Positions 30,251 through 39,208 of a stretch of 64,000 bases of DNA are shown in pieces (position 1 is the stretch's first letter; each line of letters starts with the position of its first letter). A model generated the notes under the pieces. That model was not told where the DNA came from. It worked only from the letters and a program-made list of their open reading frames with translations, and made no database searches. This stretch comes from Candidatus Lloydbacteria bacterium RIFCSPHIGHO2_02_FULL_50_18 (GTDB lineage Bacteria; Patescibacteriota; Minisyncoccia; Phycocordibacterales; UBA6899). Location of the stretch: the NCBI GenBank assembly GCA_001821395.1, contig MHLM01000001.1:96001-160000 (forward strand). Reading direction: 5' to 3'. Both the position numbers and the translations under genes were made by a program.

Positions 30251-30913
30251 CTAATCCTCTTTTTCTATGAGACCGTCTTTCAACCAAATCACTCGGTCCA
30301 TATACTTTCTATCCTCCGGCTCGTGGGTGATCATAATGATGGTCTGATTGAGCTCCTTGTTCAGCTTCTGAAAAAGCCGATACACCACCTCCGATGAAAC
30401 CGTGTCGAGATTTGCAGTTGCTTCATCTGCAAAGAGTATTTTGGGGCTATTAATGAGGGCCCGCGCAATCGCAACGCGCTGTTGTTCACCGCCTGACATC
30501 TCTCCAGGGTAATGATGCAGTCTCTCTTCTAATCCCACAAGCTTCAAGAGTTCTGAAGCTCGTTCCTCGTTATGCGTACCACCAAGGGCCATTCCGGGAA
30601 AATAAACATTCTCAAGTGCAGTAAATTCAGCAATAAGCGCATACTCCTGAAATACATACCCCAAATGATTAAGACGAAATGAGGTGCGCTCAGCATCAGA
30701 AAGGGCAAGAATATCAACATTATCGATGAGCACTGTGCCGGATGTCGGAATATCAAGAAGTCCCAATTGATGCAAGAGTGTTGATTTACCGGATCCACTT
30801 CTCCCCATGAGCGCGACAAACTCGCCCTTCTTTATTTCAAACGAAACCCCCCTCAACGCTCGAGTTGGAACTTCTCCGGGATATGTCTTTGTAAGATTGT
30901 TTACCTTGATCAT
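30251..30913 (-). CDS. ABC transporter ATP-binding protein (MacB/LolD-like)
   Basis: Walker A GRSGSGKSTLL, signature LSGGEQQRVAIARAL and Walker B ILFADE. Confidence 0.85.
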   Translation of the reverse strand: MIKVNNLTKTYPGEVPTRALRGVSFEIKKGEFVALMGRSGSGKSTLLHQLGLLDIPTSGTVLIDNVDILALSDAERTSFRLNHLGYVFQEYALIAEFTALENVYFPGMALGGTHNEERASELLKLVGLEERLHHYPGEMSGGEQQRVAIARALINSPKILFADEATANLDTVSSEVVYRLFQKLNKELNQTIIMITHEPEDRKYMDRVIWLKDGLIEKED

Positions 30914-30924
30914 AATGAATGTGT

Positions 30925-32157
30925 TTAACCCCAGATTGATCTTAAGATATTCTGCCTCGCTACCATTTTTGCAGGAATAAATCCCGCAAAGATTCCCGAA
31001 ATAGTAAGACTGATAATGTTGATAAAAATCTCAATGGGAGTGTACACCAAACTTGCGCTCCCAAACGGCATCGGAATTGGCCGCATTTGCAACAGTGGGA
31101 CCACAAGGGAAAAAACAATCAAAAGCCCCAGCATGGTTCCAAGAGTGACATAGAAAAGGGACTGGAGAACATACGATACCTCGATGATACTTTCCTTGAT
31201 GCCGATTGCTTTTAATATGCCAATTTGTCTGCGCTTGTTCACTGCGTTCACATAAATCATCACAAAGATTGTGATTGCGGCAACAATAATACTAATGACT
31301 GTGACAATAACCGCGATAATATCGAATGCATCAACAAGAATACCGACGGTACTAAGGCGATTCGTGTATTTTTCGATCTTTAAGTTTGGCGCTATCGCTC
31401 CAATCTGCTCGGCGTACTCATCGAGTGTTCCTCGGCCAAGATCCATTCGTACCATGATCTCTGAAGCATTGTCATAAACCGACAATATGGACTCCGCCTC
31501 CTCTGCTGAAATGAATGCAGTGCCTCCAACCGACCCACCCATGCTGATCTTAAATATTCCCCTTATCGTATACGTTCGGGTGATGCCATTGGAATAGGTC
31601 ACCTGGACTTCATCTCCGACAATGGCGCCACCAAGGTCTGATGTTTGCTTTGTCCCAAATCCGCCGGAGAGATTTGCTCCGAGTACGATCTCGTCATTTT
31701 TCAGATCATCTGGGAATTCACCAGAAACGATATTTTTATAGACCGTGAGGATCTTTTTTTCCTCCGATTGAGTCACGCCAACTACTGGTGCAGAGACTCG
31801 CTTGAATTCACCCATCTTTTCCTTGTCATACGCGAACGAACCACCCAACTGATAGTGTCGAGCCGTTCCAATAACTCCAGGAATTGTTCCGATCTGCGCA
31901 CGCACCTTCTCTTGGTTCAAGATAAATTCCTTGACCGTCGGTTCCTCTTGCGGCATGACAATAATATGCGCAGTCGAATTGTCTATCATTGACCGCATGA
32001 TCCCGTCAGAAAAACCGTTCAGAAATCCGGAGACAAACATCAAATTGAAGAATGAGAGAGATAAAATAAATACAGTGAAGACTGCCGTAGACTTATTGCC
32101 CCTCGTGATAGTTTTATAAGCAACAAAAAATGCTGTTTTCAAGTCAGTTCCATTCAT
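30925..32157 (-). CDS. ABC transporter permease (FtsX/MacB-type)
   Basis: 410 aa with an N-terminal TM, a large periplasmic domain and a C-terminal 3-TM FtsX-like region. Confidence 0.75.
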   Translation of the reverse strand: MNGTDLKTAFFVAYKTITRGNKSTAVFTVFILSLSFFNLMFVSGFLNGFSDGIMRSMIDNSTAHIIVMPQEEPTVKEFILNQEKVRAQIGTIPGVIGTARHYQLGGSFAYDKEKMGEFKRVSAPVVGVTQSEEKKILTVYKNIVSGEFPDDLKNDEIVLGANLSGGFGTKQTSDLGGAIVGDEVQVTYSNGITRTYTIRGIFKISMGGSVGGTAFISAEEAESILSVYDNASEIMVRMDLGRGTLDEYAEQIGAIAPNLKIEKYTNRLSTVGILVDAFDIIAVIVTVISIIVAAITIFVMIYVNAVNKRRQIGILKAIGIKESIIEVSYVLQSLFYVTLGTMLGLLIVFSLVVPLLQMRPIPMPFGSASLVYTPIEIFINIISLTISGIFAGFIPAKMVARQNILRSIWG

Positions 32158-32160
32158 GAT

Positions 32161-33711
32161 CTATTTTTGCTTTTTCTCAGCACCAAGAATAACCTGATCT
32201 CCATCGAAAAGACCCGAAATGATCTCGATCATACCGACATCGTTCTCGATGCCCGTATGTACCTCTGTCTCTGTCACCTGACCATCCGTAAGCGTCTGCA
32301 CTATCTTTTTTCCATCCTTGCTTTGTACGGCACTCGCGGGGACAAAAAGTGCATCTTCTGAAATTGCAGTGTTGATCCACACATTAGCCGTCATCCCCGA
32401 TCGAATGCGTTCGTCCACCTTGTCGAACAATATCGTTGTCTGATAATACACGGCACCGCCAATAATTGTCTCAACGGGATCAATAGTAACGACCTTTCCG
32501 CTAAATTCCTCATCTTCAATGGCATCAAACGTGATCCTCGCCTTCTGTCCAATACGTACATTCACAATCTTGTCTTCGACGACATTTAATTGTATTTGCA
32601 ATGCACCACCTGCGGCAAGTGACACTACAATTATGTCTGCACCAACAACCTCACCAACCTCACCCCGGACGTTCGTTACCATGGAGGATACCGGTGCAGA
32701 GATCGTCAAATCCCTCCTCTGTGCTTCTGTCCTCGTAAGGGAAGCTTCTGCTTGTATGATTTGCGCCTGATACACGGCAATATCCGACGACCTTGCCGGG
32801 GCAGTCTTTAGGGTGAGCTGATTCTCTGCGATGTGGAGGGCTGATTCTTTCATTTGGAGATTTTCTTCCGCAAGAAGAAGGTTTGACAGCGCAATGTCAA
32901 CATTCGTTCGCGCTGTGGAAATATCAGTCTTCCACTTATCGATTGTCGCTTGAGTAATCTTGGAACTTGGAGTAAGCGCGTTTACCATCAAGGCCTCATT
33001 CACAAGAAATGCCTTTACCTGTGAGGTATTTTTTTTAGCAAGAGTTGTTGCCAGAACAAGATCGCTCTCCGCTGAAACCTCCGCGAGACTTCCAGCCCAC
33101 TCATTGAGTGTCACCTCGATCCCAACCCTCGCCTCTAGTACCGCGCGCTCAAGTTGCATATCGAACGGAAAACTAAAGAGTAATTGTGGATTAGATGTTT
33201 TAGGATTATCGAACAATTGGTCAGACCTTGCTCGCACTGCGTCATCGGACCGAGTATAGGCACCTTGTAATCTATCAATCATATTCTTCTTTGCATCAAG
33301 AAGTGACTGCTCGGCATTATACACTGCAGTCTCAGAGATACTCACGTCTTCGGGTGACGCTCCACTTAATAGCTGACTTAATTTTGCCTTCTGAAGGTCT
33401 ATTCCCGCTTGCATTTCTTTTACCTGTGCATCGAGCTGAGTGGTATCTTGTTTGGCGAGAAGTTTGCCTGCTGAAATCTTGTCACCAACACGCGCATTCA
33501 AAAAAACAAGCTTGCCGCTTCCCTTGAAGCGCAAGTCAATCTGTGTTGGAGATTCGACTTTTCCACTTGCAGAAACCTCCTGAACAATATCCCCTCTTTT
33601 TGCAACCGCAAGAGTGTAGGAAGGAGCATTCAAACGCTGCATCAAAAAAATGCCGCTAATAGCCAGGGCAATCAGGGTTCCCAATGCGGTAAATAAGATT
33701 TTCTTGTTCAT
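32161..33711 (-). CDS. HlyD-family periplasmic adaptor (membrane fusion protein)
   Basis: N-terminal TM, a biotinyl/lipoyl-like beta hairpin, long coiled coils and a C-terminal beta-barrel region. Confidence 0.75.
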   Translation of the reverse strand: MNKKILFTALGTLIALAISGIFLMQRLNAPSYTLAVAKRGDIVQEVSASGKVESPTQIDLRFKGSGKLVFLNARVGDKISAGKLLAKQDTTQLDAQVKEMQAGIDLQKAKLSQLLSGASPEDVSISETAVYNAEQSLLDAKKNMIDRLQGAYTRSDDAVRARSDQLFDNPKTSNPQLLFSFPFDMQLERAVLEARVGIEVTLNEWAGSLAEVSAESDLVLATTLAKKNTSQVKAFLVNEALMVNALTPSSKITQATIDKWKTDISTARTNVDIALSNLLLAEENLQMKESALHIAENQLTLKTAPARSSDIAVYQAQIIQAEASLTRTEAQRRDLTISAPVSSMVTNVRGEVGEVVGADIIVVSLAAGGALQIQLNVVEDKIVNVRIGQKARITFDAIEDEEFSGKVVTIDPVETIIGGAVYYQTTILFDKVDERIRSGMTANVWINTAISEDALFVPASAVQSKDGKKIVQTLTDGQVTETEVHTGIENDVGMIEIISGLFDGDQVILGAEKKQK

Positions 33712-33824
33712 AAAATACACAAATAATAAAGAGTAAAAAAGACGCAGTCATTTCATTCCACTGCAATTCATCATAATATAAAATATCTTTACAAGCAAGT
33801 TACTTTATGATAAAGTAAACCAAA

Positions 33825-34280
33825 ATGGAACGTAAGGAAACGATAGAAAAACTCATCGCCTCAATACACAAGGAGACTCGGGCTGCGGGGCTTTTTGTGC
33901 ACACTATATCCGAGATCACTGGGATACATTCTACCGACATACGCTGTTTAGAATTTTTAAGTGAGGCACACTCCGCGACTGCCGGAGAACTTGGGAGGGC
34001 TACGGGGCTTACGACAGGGGCAGTCACTGCGATGATCGACAGGCTTGAAAATGGGGGCTTTGTAAAGCGCGAAGCGGATAAAAAAGACCGAAGAAAGATC
34101 ATCATCAGACTCCTGGGAATTCCGAAAAAGCTCAAATTGGTACGGGAAATGTTCTCAAAGCAAATACCCGACATTCTCGCTGAGTACAATACGGCGGAAT
34201 TACTATTGATTGCGAACTGGAACATAAAAATGGCCGCCGTATTTCACGAAAAAATAAGTAAACTCAAAGCAAAAGACTAA
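33825..34280 (+). CDS. MarR-family transcriptional regulator
   Basis: Winged HTH (TAGELGRATGLTTGAVTAMIDRLENGGFV). It is divergent from the efflux operon. Confidence 0.75.
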   Translation: MERKETIEKLIASIHKETRAAGLFVHTISEITGIHSTDIRCLEFLSEAHSATAGELGRATGLTTGAVTAMIDRLENGGFVKREADKKDRRKIIIRLLGIPKKLKLVREMFSKQIPDILAEYNTAELLLIANWNIKMAAVFHEKISKLKAKD

Positions 34281-34286
34281 CATCGC

Positions 34287-34321
34287 TTATATCTTTATTA
34301 TATACGTCTCCGCCATGCAGC
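34287..34321. repeat. 35-bp direct repeat, copy 2
   Basis: See 29865-29899. Confidence 0.85.
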
Positions 34322-34585
34322 GCTTCACAACAAAAACGACATGCGACGTATCTCTTGAATTTATAGGCAACTGAGCCCATTGATCGGGTAATGCCTCGTG
34401 AGACCTCGGAAGCGTATTCTCGCATCGGTTTCCCGTCTTTTGTGCTAAGGTGTCTCGGTTGAGGCCCTCTTGGACGAAATGGGCTTCTGCACAAATGCTG
34501 AAAACCACGTGTGCTCGGTGCGACAAATTGCTATCTTGGCAAAAAAACGATAGCCTTCGAACAGAGCCTGCTGACTGGGGTCATC

Positions 34586-34822
34586 ATGTCATCAATGAAA
34601 TCGGAGTTCCTCAATCATGCAAAATCAATGCTGGAACAGAAGCATGGGAATGTGCTTACGGACGTCGAAAAGCAACTAGTGCTTCAAGCATTTACGGCAT
34701 GGGAGTCACGGTGGAACGATAAGTCGCCGTCATGCACGCTTGATTGCCAGTGGCCGACATTTTCTCAAGAGGAAAAGTGCTCTACAGTGGAACGATTTTG
34801 CAATTCGTATATAAATCCGTAA
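34586..34822 (+). CDS. Hypothetical small protein
   Basis: ORF beginning MSSMKSEFLNHAK, with no SD. Confidence 0.3.
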   Translation: MSSMKSEFLNHAKSMLEQKHGNVLTDVEKQLVLQAFTAWESRWNDKSPSCTLDCQWPTFSQEEKCSTVERFCNSYINP

Positions 34823-35146
34823 ACGAAAGCCGCCGCACAAGAGTGTGGCTTTTTATTTATTTGCTTAATTCAAAAAATAAACATCGTGTCGTGCTAATCG
34901 GTCACTTACGATTTCATGAACGGCCTCTCGGTCATACGAACCTATTCTCGCACTCTGCCTTTCGAAGTGCTGGATGACTCGGTCGCGGATAATTCCTTGT
35001 GAGACGTTGTAAGGATATTCTCACACCCCCTTCACCTCTTGTGCTGATGGGAGTCGGTCAGTAAATATCCCAGAGATTCTTGCTTGCTAAACACAGTGAG
35101 TTCGAGTAGTCTTTGACGCAGAACATTGTTGAGGTAAGGGGTAGTC

Positions 35147-35815
35147 ATGTTGATATATGCCGTAATTGGTACGCTTGTGGTCGCACTGCTCATCTTCTTG
35201 GCGTGCCGTTATTTTCGAAATCATTGCCTCGAGTGCAAAAAGAGGACTGACTGGGACAAATATGACTCCTGCAAAGCGTGCAATGCGGAGCACGAAGCAC
35301 GGGTGTCAAAGCACCGAGAAGAAATGACGGGGCGCATGATTGCGGTCACCCATGAAGTACTTGCACAATCAAGGGCAGAAACGGAAGAATTCGGTTTTAG
35401 TGATTACGATTTCCTCGATAGACCCTGCATGGTCTGTTCGCCTGGCCGGACTACTAGTCACCGAGAACTCTTTCGAGAGCGTGGTCTCGCGGGTAATCCG
35501 CAAGCATGCCAAGATTATTATTGGAACACTCACGTTCCCCTTGCAAGAAAGGCGCACAAAGATCGCGAGTCAAAGAAATTTTGGAAGCGCTGGCTGTACA
35601 TCCCACCGACAAAAGAGGAGGAGGAAGCGGTCAGTCGAGTGAGCTGGTGGCTAAAGAATGCACTCAGTGCGGGTCGTGACGATCTTGCCCAGCTACGCGA
35701 GTACCGGACGTATCACGAAAAGCCTGACCATTGGATGGACATGACTACCAAACAACTCATGGAGCGCCGACTCTCGCGCGCAAAGAAGGCACTAGATTTA
35801 AATATTGATCGGTAA
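35147..35815 (+). CDS. Hypothetical membrane-anchored zinc-ribbon protein
   Basis: N-terminal TM helix, then CLECKK...CKACN. A terminator follows at 35826-35850. Confidence 0.5.
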   Translation: MLIYAVIGTLVVALLIFLACRYFRNHCLECKKRTDWDKYDSCKACNAEHEARVSKHREEMTGRMIAVTHEVLAQSRAETEEFGFSDYDFLDRPCMVCSPGRTTSHRELFRERGLAGNPQACQDYYWNTHVPLARKAHKDRESKKFWKRWLYIPPTKEEEEAVSRVSWWLKNALSAGRDDLAQLREYRTYHEKPDHWMDMTTKQLMERRLSRAKKALDLNIDR

Positions 35816-35825
35816 TGTTTATTTC

Positions 35826-35850
35826 GGGGCCATTAGCGCCCCTTTTTGTT
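35826..35850 (+). terminator. Rho-independent terminator
   Basis: ggggc-cattagc-gcccc followed by tttttgtt. Confidence 0.7.
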
Positions 35851-35898
35851 ATACAAAATATCTTATGCCTCTCGGTCATCCGAACCGATTCTTGATAG

Positions 35899-35969
35899 CT
35901 GCGGGACTTGGAGTCGAACCAAAATTGACGGATTCAAAGTCCGCTGTCCTACCATTAGACGATCCCGCA
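35899..35969 (-). tRNA. tRNA-Gln (anticodon UUG)
   Basis: Manual fold: acceptor UGCGGGA/UCCCGCA with U1-A72 (typical of bacterial tRNA-Gln), anticodon loop CU-UUG-AA, and T-arm UUUGG-UUCGACU-CCAAG. No encoded CCA. Confidence 0.8.
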
Positions 35970-36046
35970 ATAACAGGATAATAGCATTTTATATACGAAA
36001 GACAAAAAAACCGCCGTTACTACGGCGGTGACTGCTTCAACCGATA

Positions 36047-36451
36047 TCACGAATCGCACAATGTCCATTTTGCAGGATTATTCGTATGCTTTGATTGCGT
36101 AATTACCGCCCATTGTGGATCACCATGATTGTGAACGGGGGTAATCGTCTGCAGTGTGTATTCACCCATTTTCTGACTCATGTCTGACCTAAAAACATCA
36201 TCATTGGTGATAGTGCTCGGGTCCCTCTCCGGATGAATACTCGCAAAGAATTCCCTTCGCCAGCCGCGGAGGTCCCCTGTCACAATTGTTCTCTGTACAA
36301 AGATGAATTCGGGACCTGCATTGCAAATGAAATTATAGCGGTGGCCCGTCCCGTCTTCGATCAGGGAAGCATAGGGCGGCAGATTCAGGAAGATGTCTCT
36401 ATTGATCACGGGGTACTCCCCTAGGATGGTGTTTGCATCTCCAGAAACCAT
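36047..36451 (-). CDS. Hypothetical protein (paralog of 36546-36920)
   Basis: Shares the blocks FVQRTIVTGDLRGW and AVITQSKHTNNP with the neighbouring ORF. An alternative TTG start at 36475 is possible. Confidence 0.5.
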   Translation of the reverse strand: MVSGDANTILGEYPVINRDIFLNLPPYASLIEDGTGHRYNFICNAGPEFIFVQRTIVTGDLRGWRREFFASIHPERDPSTITNDDVFRSDMSQKMGEYTLQTITPVHNHGDPQWAVITQSKHTNNPAKWTLCDS

Positions 36452-36545
36452 AATACCAAATATGTATTTTGGCAACTATATATAAAAAATTCACCGCCGA
36501 AATTCGGAGGTGAATGGAGGGTGAAAAGTAAAAAATTAAGAGTGC

Positions 36546-36920
36546 TCAACTCTTAAACCAATCGCGGGGATCGTTCACCATGAACTTCTGAGTGACGATC
36601 ACCGCTTCCGGATTTCCTTCTCGATCACGGACGATTACTTCAACATAAAAAGCACCATAATTTTCCCGCACATCCATCTTGAGCATATCCCCTTGTTTCA
36701 AAGCACGAGGATCTGCATTCACGAGACAAGCATTTTCTTGCTTCAGCCAACCGTTAAAGTGGCGGATAACAATAGTGCGCTGTACATACAGCCGCTGCTC
36801 GTCGATGAACGCCAGGACCGCAAGTTCTTCTCGAGTACCGATTTTACAAATAGTATCGAGCGCAAATACACCGCGAAATGATTCCATCTTTGCCTCTTCT
36901 TGAGGTGGAACAAACAACAC
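36546..36920 (-). CDS. Hypothetical protein (paralog of 36047-36451)
   Basis: YVQRTIVIRHFNGW and AVIVTQKFMVNDP blocks. A terminator hairpin lies at about 36489-36520. Confidence 0.5.
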   Translation of the reverse strand: MLFVPPQEEAKMESFRGVFALDTICKIGTREELAVLAFIDEQRLYVQRTIVIRHFNGWLKQENACLVNADPRALKQGDMLKMDVRENYGAFYVEVIVRDREGNPEAVIVTQKFMVNDPRDWFKS

Positions 36921-36958
36921 CTAAATACCGTTATAGAGGGTGTTGGCAAGAACGTCAA

Positions 36959-37996
36959 CTACTTCCCTTCTCCGGCAACTTTAATAAGCGCTAATTCTAT
37001 CGGGAGCGTCGGTACCGTACTAAATCCGATCTCACGGGTCGCATCGAGAAATGCATAGAGTACATGAGAGTTGATCTTCTTTTCGGGAGAATTTGCCAAT
37101 CGCAACAGAAAAACGAGATCATCAGGAGTGAACTCATCTTTGTAATGACCTTCGGCGTTTTTGTCATAACGCAGCATGAGCGTCGCACGCATCTTTTCAA
37201 GAATGAGTCTCAAGTAGACCTTCATATCAACGTGTTCATCTTTGGCACTTTGTATCGCCGACAAACCGTCGGAAATATTTCCTGACTCGATGGATCCCAG
37301 AACGCGGTTCACAAGATCATGCGTCGGTGCTCCGACGATGCGAGAAACGGTGTCGACATCAAGCCGTCGGTCCTTCGCGGCTACCAGCACTTTTTCAAGT
37401 ACCGAAAGCGTATCGCGAAACGAGCCGTCGCCAAACATCGCAATGATGTCTGCTGAAGGACTGTCGATTGTTACCTGCTCCTTTTTCGCCGTATCGAGCA
37501 CATATTTTTTTAATTCATCGAGAGTCGGATCACGAAACACAAACGACTGGCATCGTGAGATTATGGTATCGGGGAGCTTATCTCTATCGGTGGTCGCAAG
37601 AATAAATACCGCATGCGCGGGAGGTTCCTCCAGAGTCTTGAGGAGTGCATTGAATGCTTCCTTGGTGAGCATGTGTACCTCATCGATAATGTAGACCTTG
37701 TACGGGGATTCGAATGGCATCGAGCGTACCGACTCACGAAGCTCGCGAATGTCGTCAATAGAACGATTTGAGGCACCGTCCATCTCATAGAGATCCGACG
37801 GTTTACACCCAATTTCGGCGGCAAAGATACGCGCAACGCTTGTCTTGCCCGTTCCTCGGCCTCCCGAAAAAAGATAGGCATGAGAAATAGATTTATCCTC
37901 AATCTCACGCAAGAGTATAGAAACAACCTCGTGCTGTCCCTGCACGTCTTCAAACTTACTGGGTCTATATTTCCGATATAAAGCGAGCTCGCTCAT
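36959..37996 (-). CDS. dnaX: DNA polymerase III subunit gamma/tau (short form)
   Basis: YRKYRP, Walker A GGRGTGKTSVARI, and a DEVHML box. Confidence 0.85.
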   Translation of the reverse strand: MSELALYRKYRPSKFEDVQGQHEVVSILLREIEDKSISHAYLFSGGRGTGKTSVARIFAAEIGCKPSDLYEMDGASNRSIDDIRELRESVRSMPFESPYKVYIIDEVHMLTKEAFNALLKTLEEPPAHAVFILATTDRDKLPDTIISRCQSFVFRDPTLDELKKYVLDTAKKEQVTIDSPSADIIAMFGDGSFRDTLSVLEKVLVAAKDRRLDVDTVSRIVGAPTHDLVNRVLGSIESGNISDGLSAIQSAKDEHVDMKVYLRLILEKMRATLMLRYDKNAEGHYKDEFTPDDLVFLLRLANSPEKKINSHVLYAFLDATREIGFSTVPTLPIELALIKVAGEGK

Positions 37997-38104
37997 GTGA
38001 AGAGTATAGCCTGTCTGATACACCTTCTGCAAAGGGATATGCTCGGTCGCGGGGGTGCAACAAAATAGCCCCGACCGTACTGGCGGGGCTATGTTGATGA
38101 AATA

Positions 38105-38323
38105 CTAACAAACGTCAGGGCCGTGGCTTCCGCAACAAAGCTCACCGAGCGCCTCATTCGTTGACGCCTGAATAGCGTCTTTGTGACAGCATGATTCTGC
38201 AGTTTTGCCGCACGGGCATTTTCCATGCTCATCAAGCACCACTTTTTTTTCGTCAGCGGAACATGCGGCAACGCCCTTTTTATCAGACCCTGCACATGCG
38301 CAATCTCCTCCGCAGCCTCCCAT
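38105..38323 (-). CDS. Cys-rich metallothionein-like small protein (72 aa, 13 Cys)
   Basis: MGGCGGDCACAGSDKKGVAACSAD...GKCPCGKTAESCCHKD...ELCCGSHGPDVC. Its start overlaps the stop of the upstream gene (TAATG). Confidence 0.55.
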   Translation of the reverse strand: MGGCGGDCACAGSDKKGVAACSADEKKVVLDEHGKCPCGKTAESCCHKDAIQASTNEALGELCCGSHGPDVC

Positions 38324-38817
38324 TATGATTTTTTCTTCTTAGCTGGAGCCTTCTTGACCGACGCCTTTTTAACAGAGACTTTCTTGGCAACACCTTTCTT
38401 TGCGACGACCTTTCTTACCGTCTTCACTGCTTTCTTTACAGTTTTTTGAACCGCCTTCTTGGCGACTGATCCGCCCTTCTTTGCGGTGCGTGTAAGCTCG
38501 CGCTCGACGTTCTTCCAGTTCTTTTTGAGTTCCACTGCAGCACGATCGAGGTCACTCGCCTTGATCGAGGTCATATTCCCGTAAACCTCTGTCGCGTTAT
38601 CAATGATGGCTGCGTATGCCTTCTGATCAAGCTTCTTCATTTTCTTTGCCGCCTTCATGACATCAGCCTCCAGGTCTCCAACCCACTTTGCCGCCTTTTT
38701 GCGATGAGCTCCTGCATCCTTACTGCCATAAAAATAATACCCCGCTCCGGCCGCGGCCGCTGCTGCGAGCCCCAGACCGACTCCGACTGCTACTTTCTGC
38801 TTATTGACCTTTGCCAT
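38323..38817 (-). CDS. Lys/Ala-rich basic protein with histone H1-like KKAVKK repeats and an N-terminal hydrophobic segment
   Basis: The C-terminus reads AKKAVQKTVKKAVKTVRKVVAKKGVAKKVSVKKASVKKAPAKKKKS. The N-terminus is VAVGVGLGLAAAAAAGAGYYFY. Confidence 0.55.
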   Translation of the reverse strand: MAKVNKQKVAVGVGLGLAAAAAAGAGYYFYGSKDAGAHRKKAAKWVGDLEADVMKAAKKMKKLDQKAYAAIIDNATEVYGNMTSIKASDLDRAAVELKKNWKNVERELTRTAKKGGSVAKKAVQKTVKKAVKTVRKVVAKKGVAKKVSVKKASVKKAPAKKKKS

Positions 38818-38847
38818 ATATTTAAAATTAAATGAATAACACTCATG

Positions 38848-39153
38848 CTACACACCAGCGTCATGCTTATGCTTGCCGCGGGCTTTTTTATTACGTGATA
38901 CAACAGAAGCGAAAAAATCACTCACGTGCTTCACCTTCATTCCCTCTTCGCGAACCCTTGCTCGCAATATCCGGATATCATCACGAATATCGTTGCTCTC
39001 CAAAGTGACATTTTTCATCACCTCGTCAAAGCTTTTGAGAATTCGGATCACATAGAATAATGCAACGATGAGCAATACTCCGAGAGCGATGACCACTCCC
39101 GTAGTTGCAACGAAGAACACATCCATCTTGAAAAAATCATCCATATGATGCAA
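38848..39153 (-). CDS. Small membrane protein (hypothetical)
   Basis: One TM helix (VFFVATTGVVIALGVLLIVALFYVI) followed by a charged tail. Confidence 0.5.
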   Translation of the reverse strand: MHHMDDFFKMDVFFVATTGVVIALGVLLIVALFYVIRILKSFDEVMKNVTLESNDIRDDIRILRARVREEGMKVKHVSDFFASVVSRNKKARGKHKHDAGV

Positions 39154-39185
39154 CTATTATATACCACCCCGCTTTCAGTGCAAAC

Positions 39186-39208
39186 AAAAACCCCTCAACA
39201 ATGAGGGG
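39186..39208 (-). terminator. Rho-independent terminator
   Basis: cccctcaacaatgagggg with a T-run on the minus strand. Confidence 0.65.

Noticed and set aside
34895-35000. tRNA or tRNA fragment at the first copy of the 24-mer
   Set aside because: No cloverleaf could be folded on either strand. Only the 24-mer is shared with the tRNA-Gln flank.
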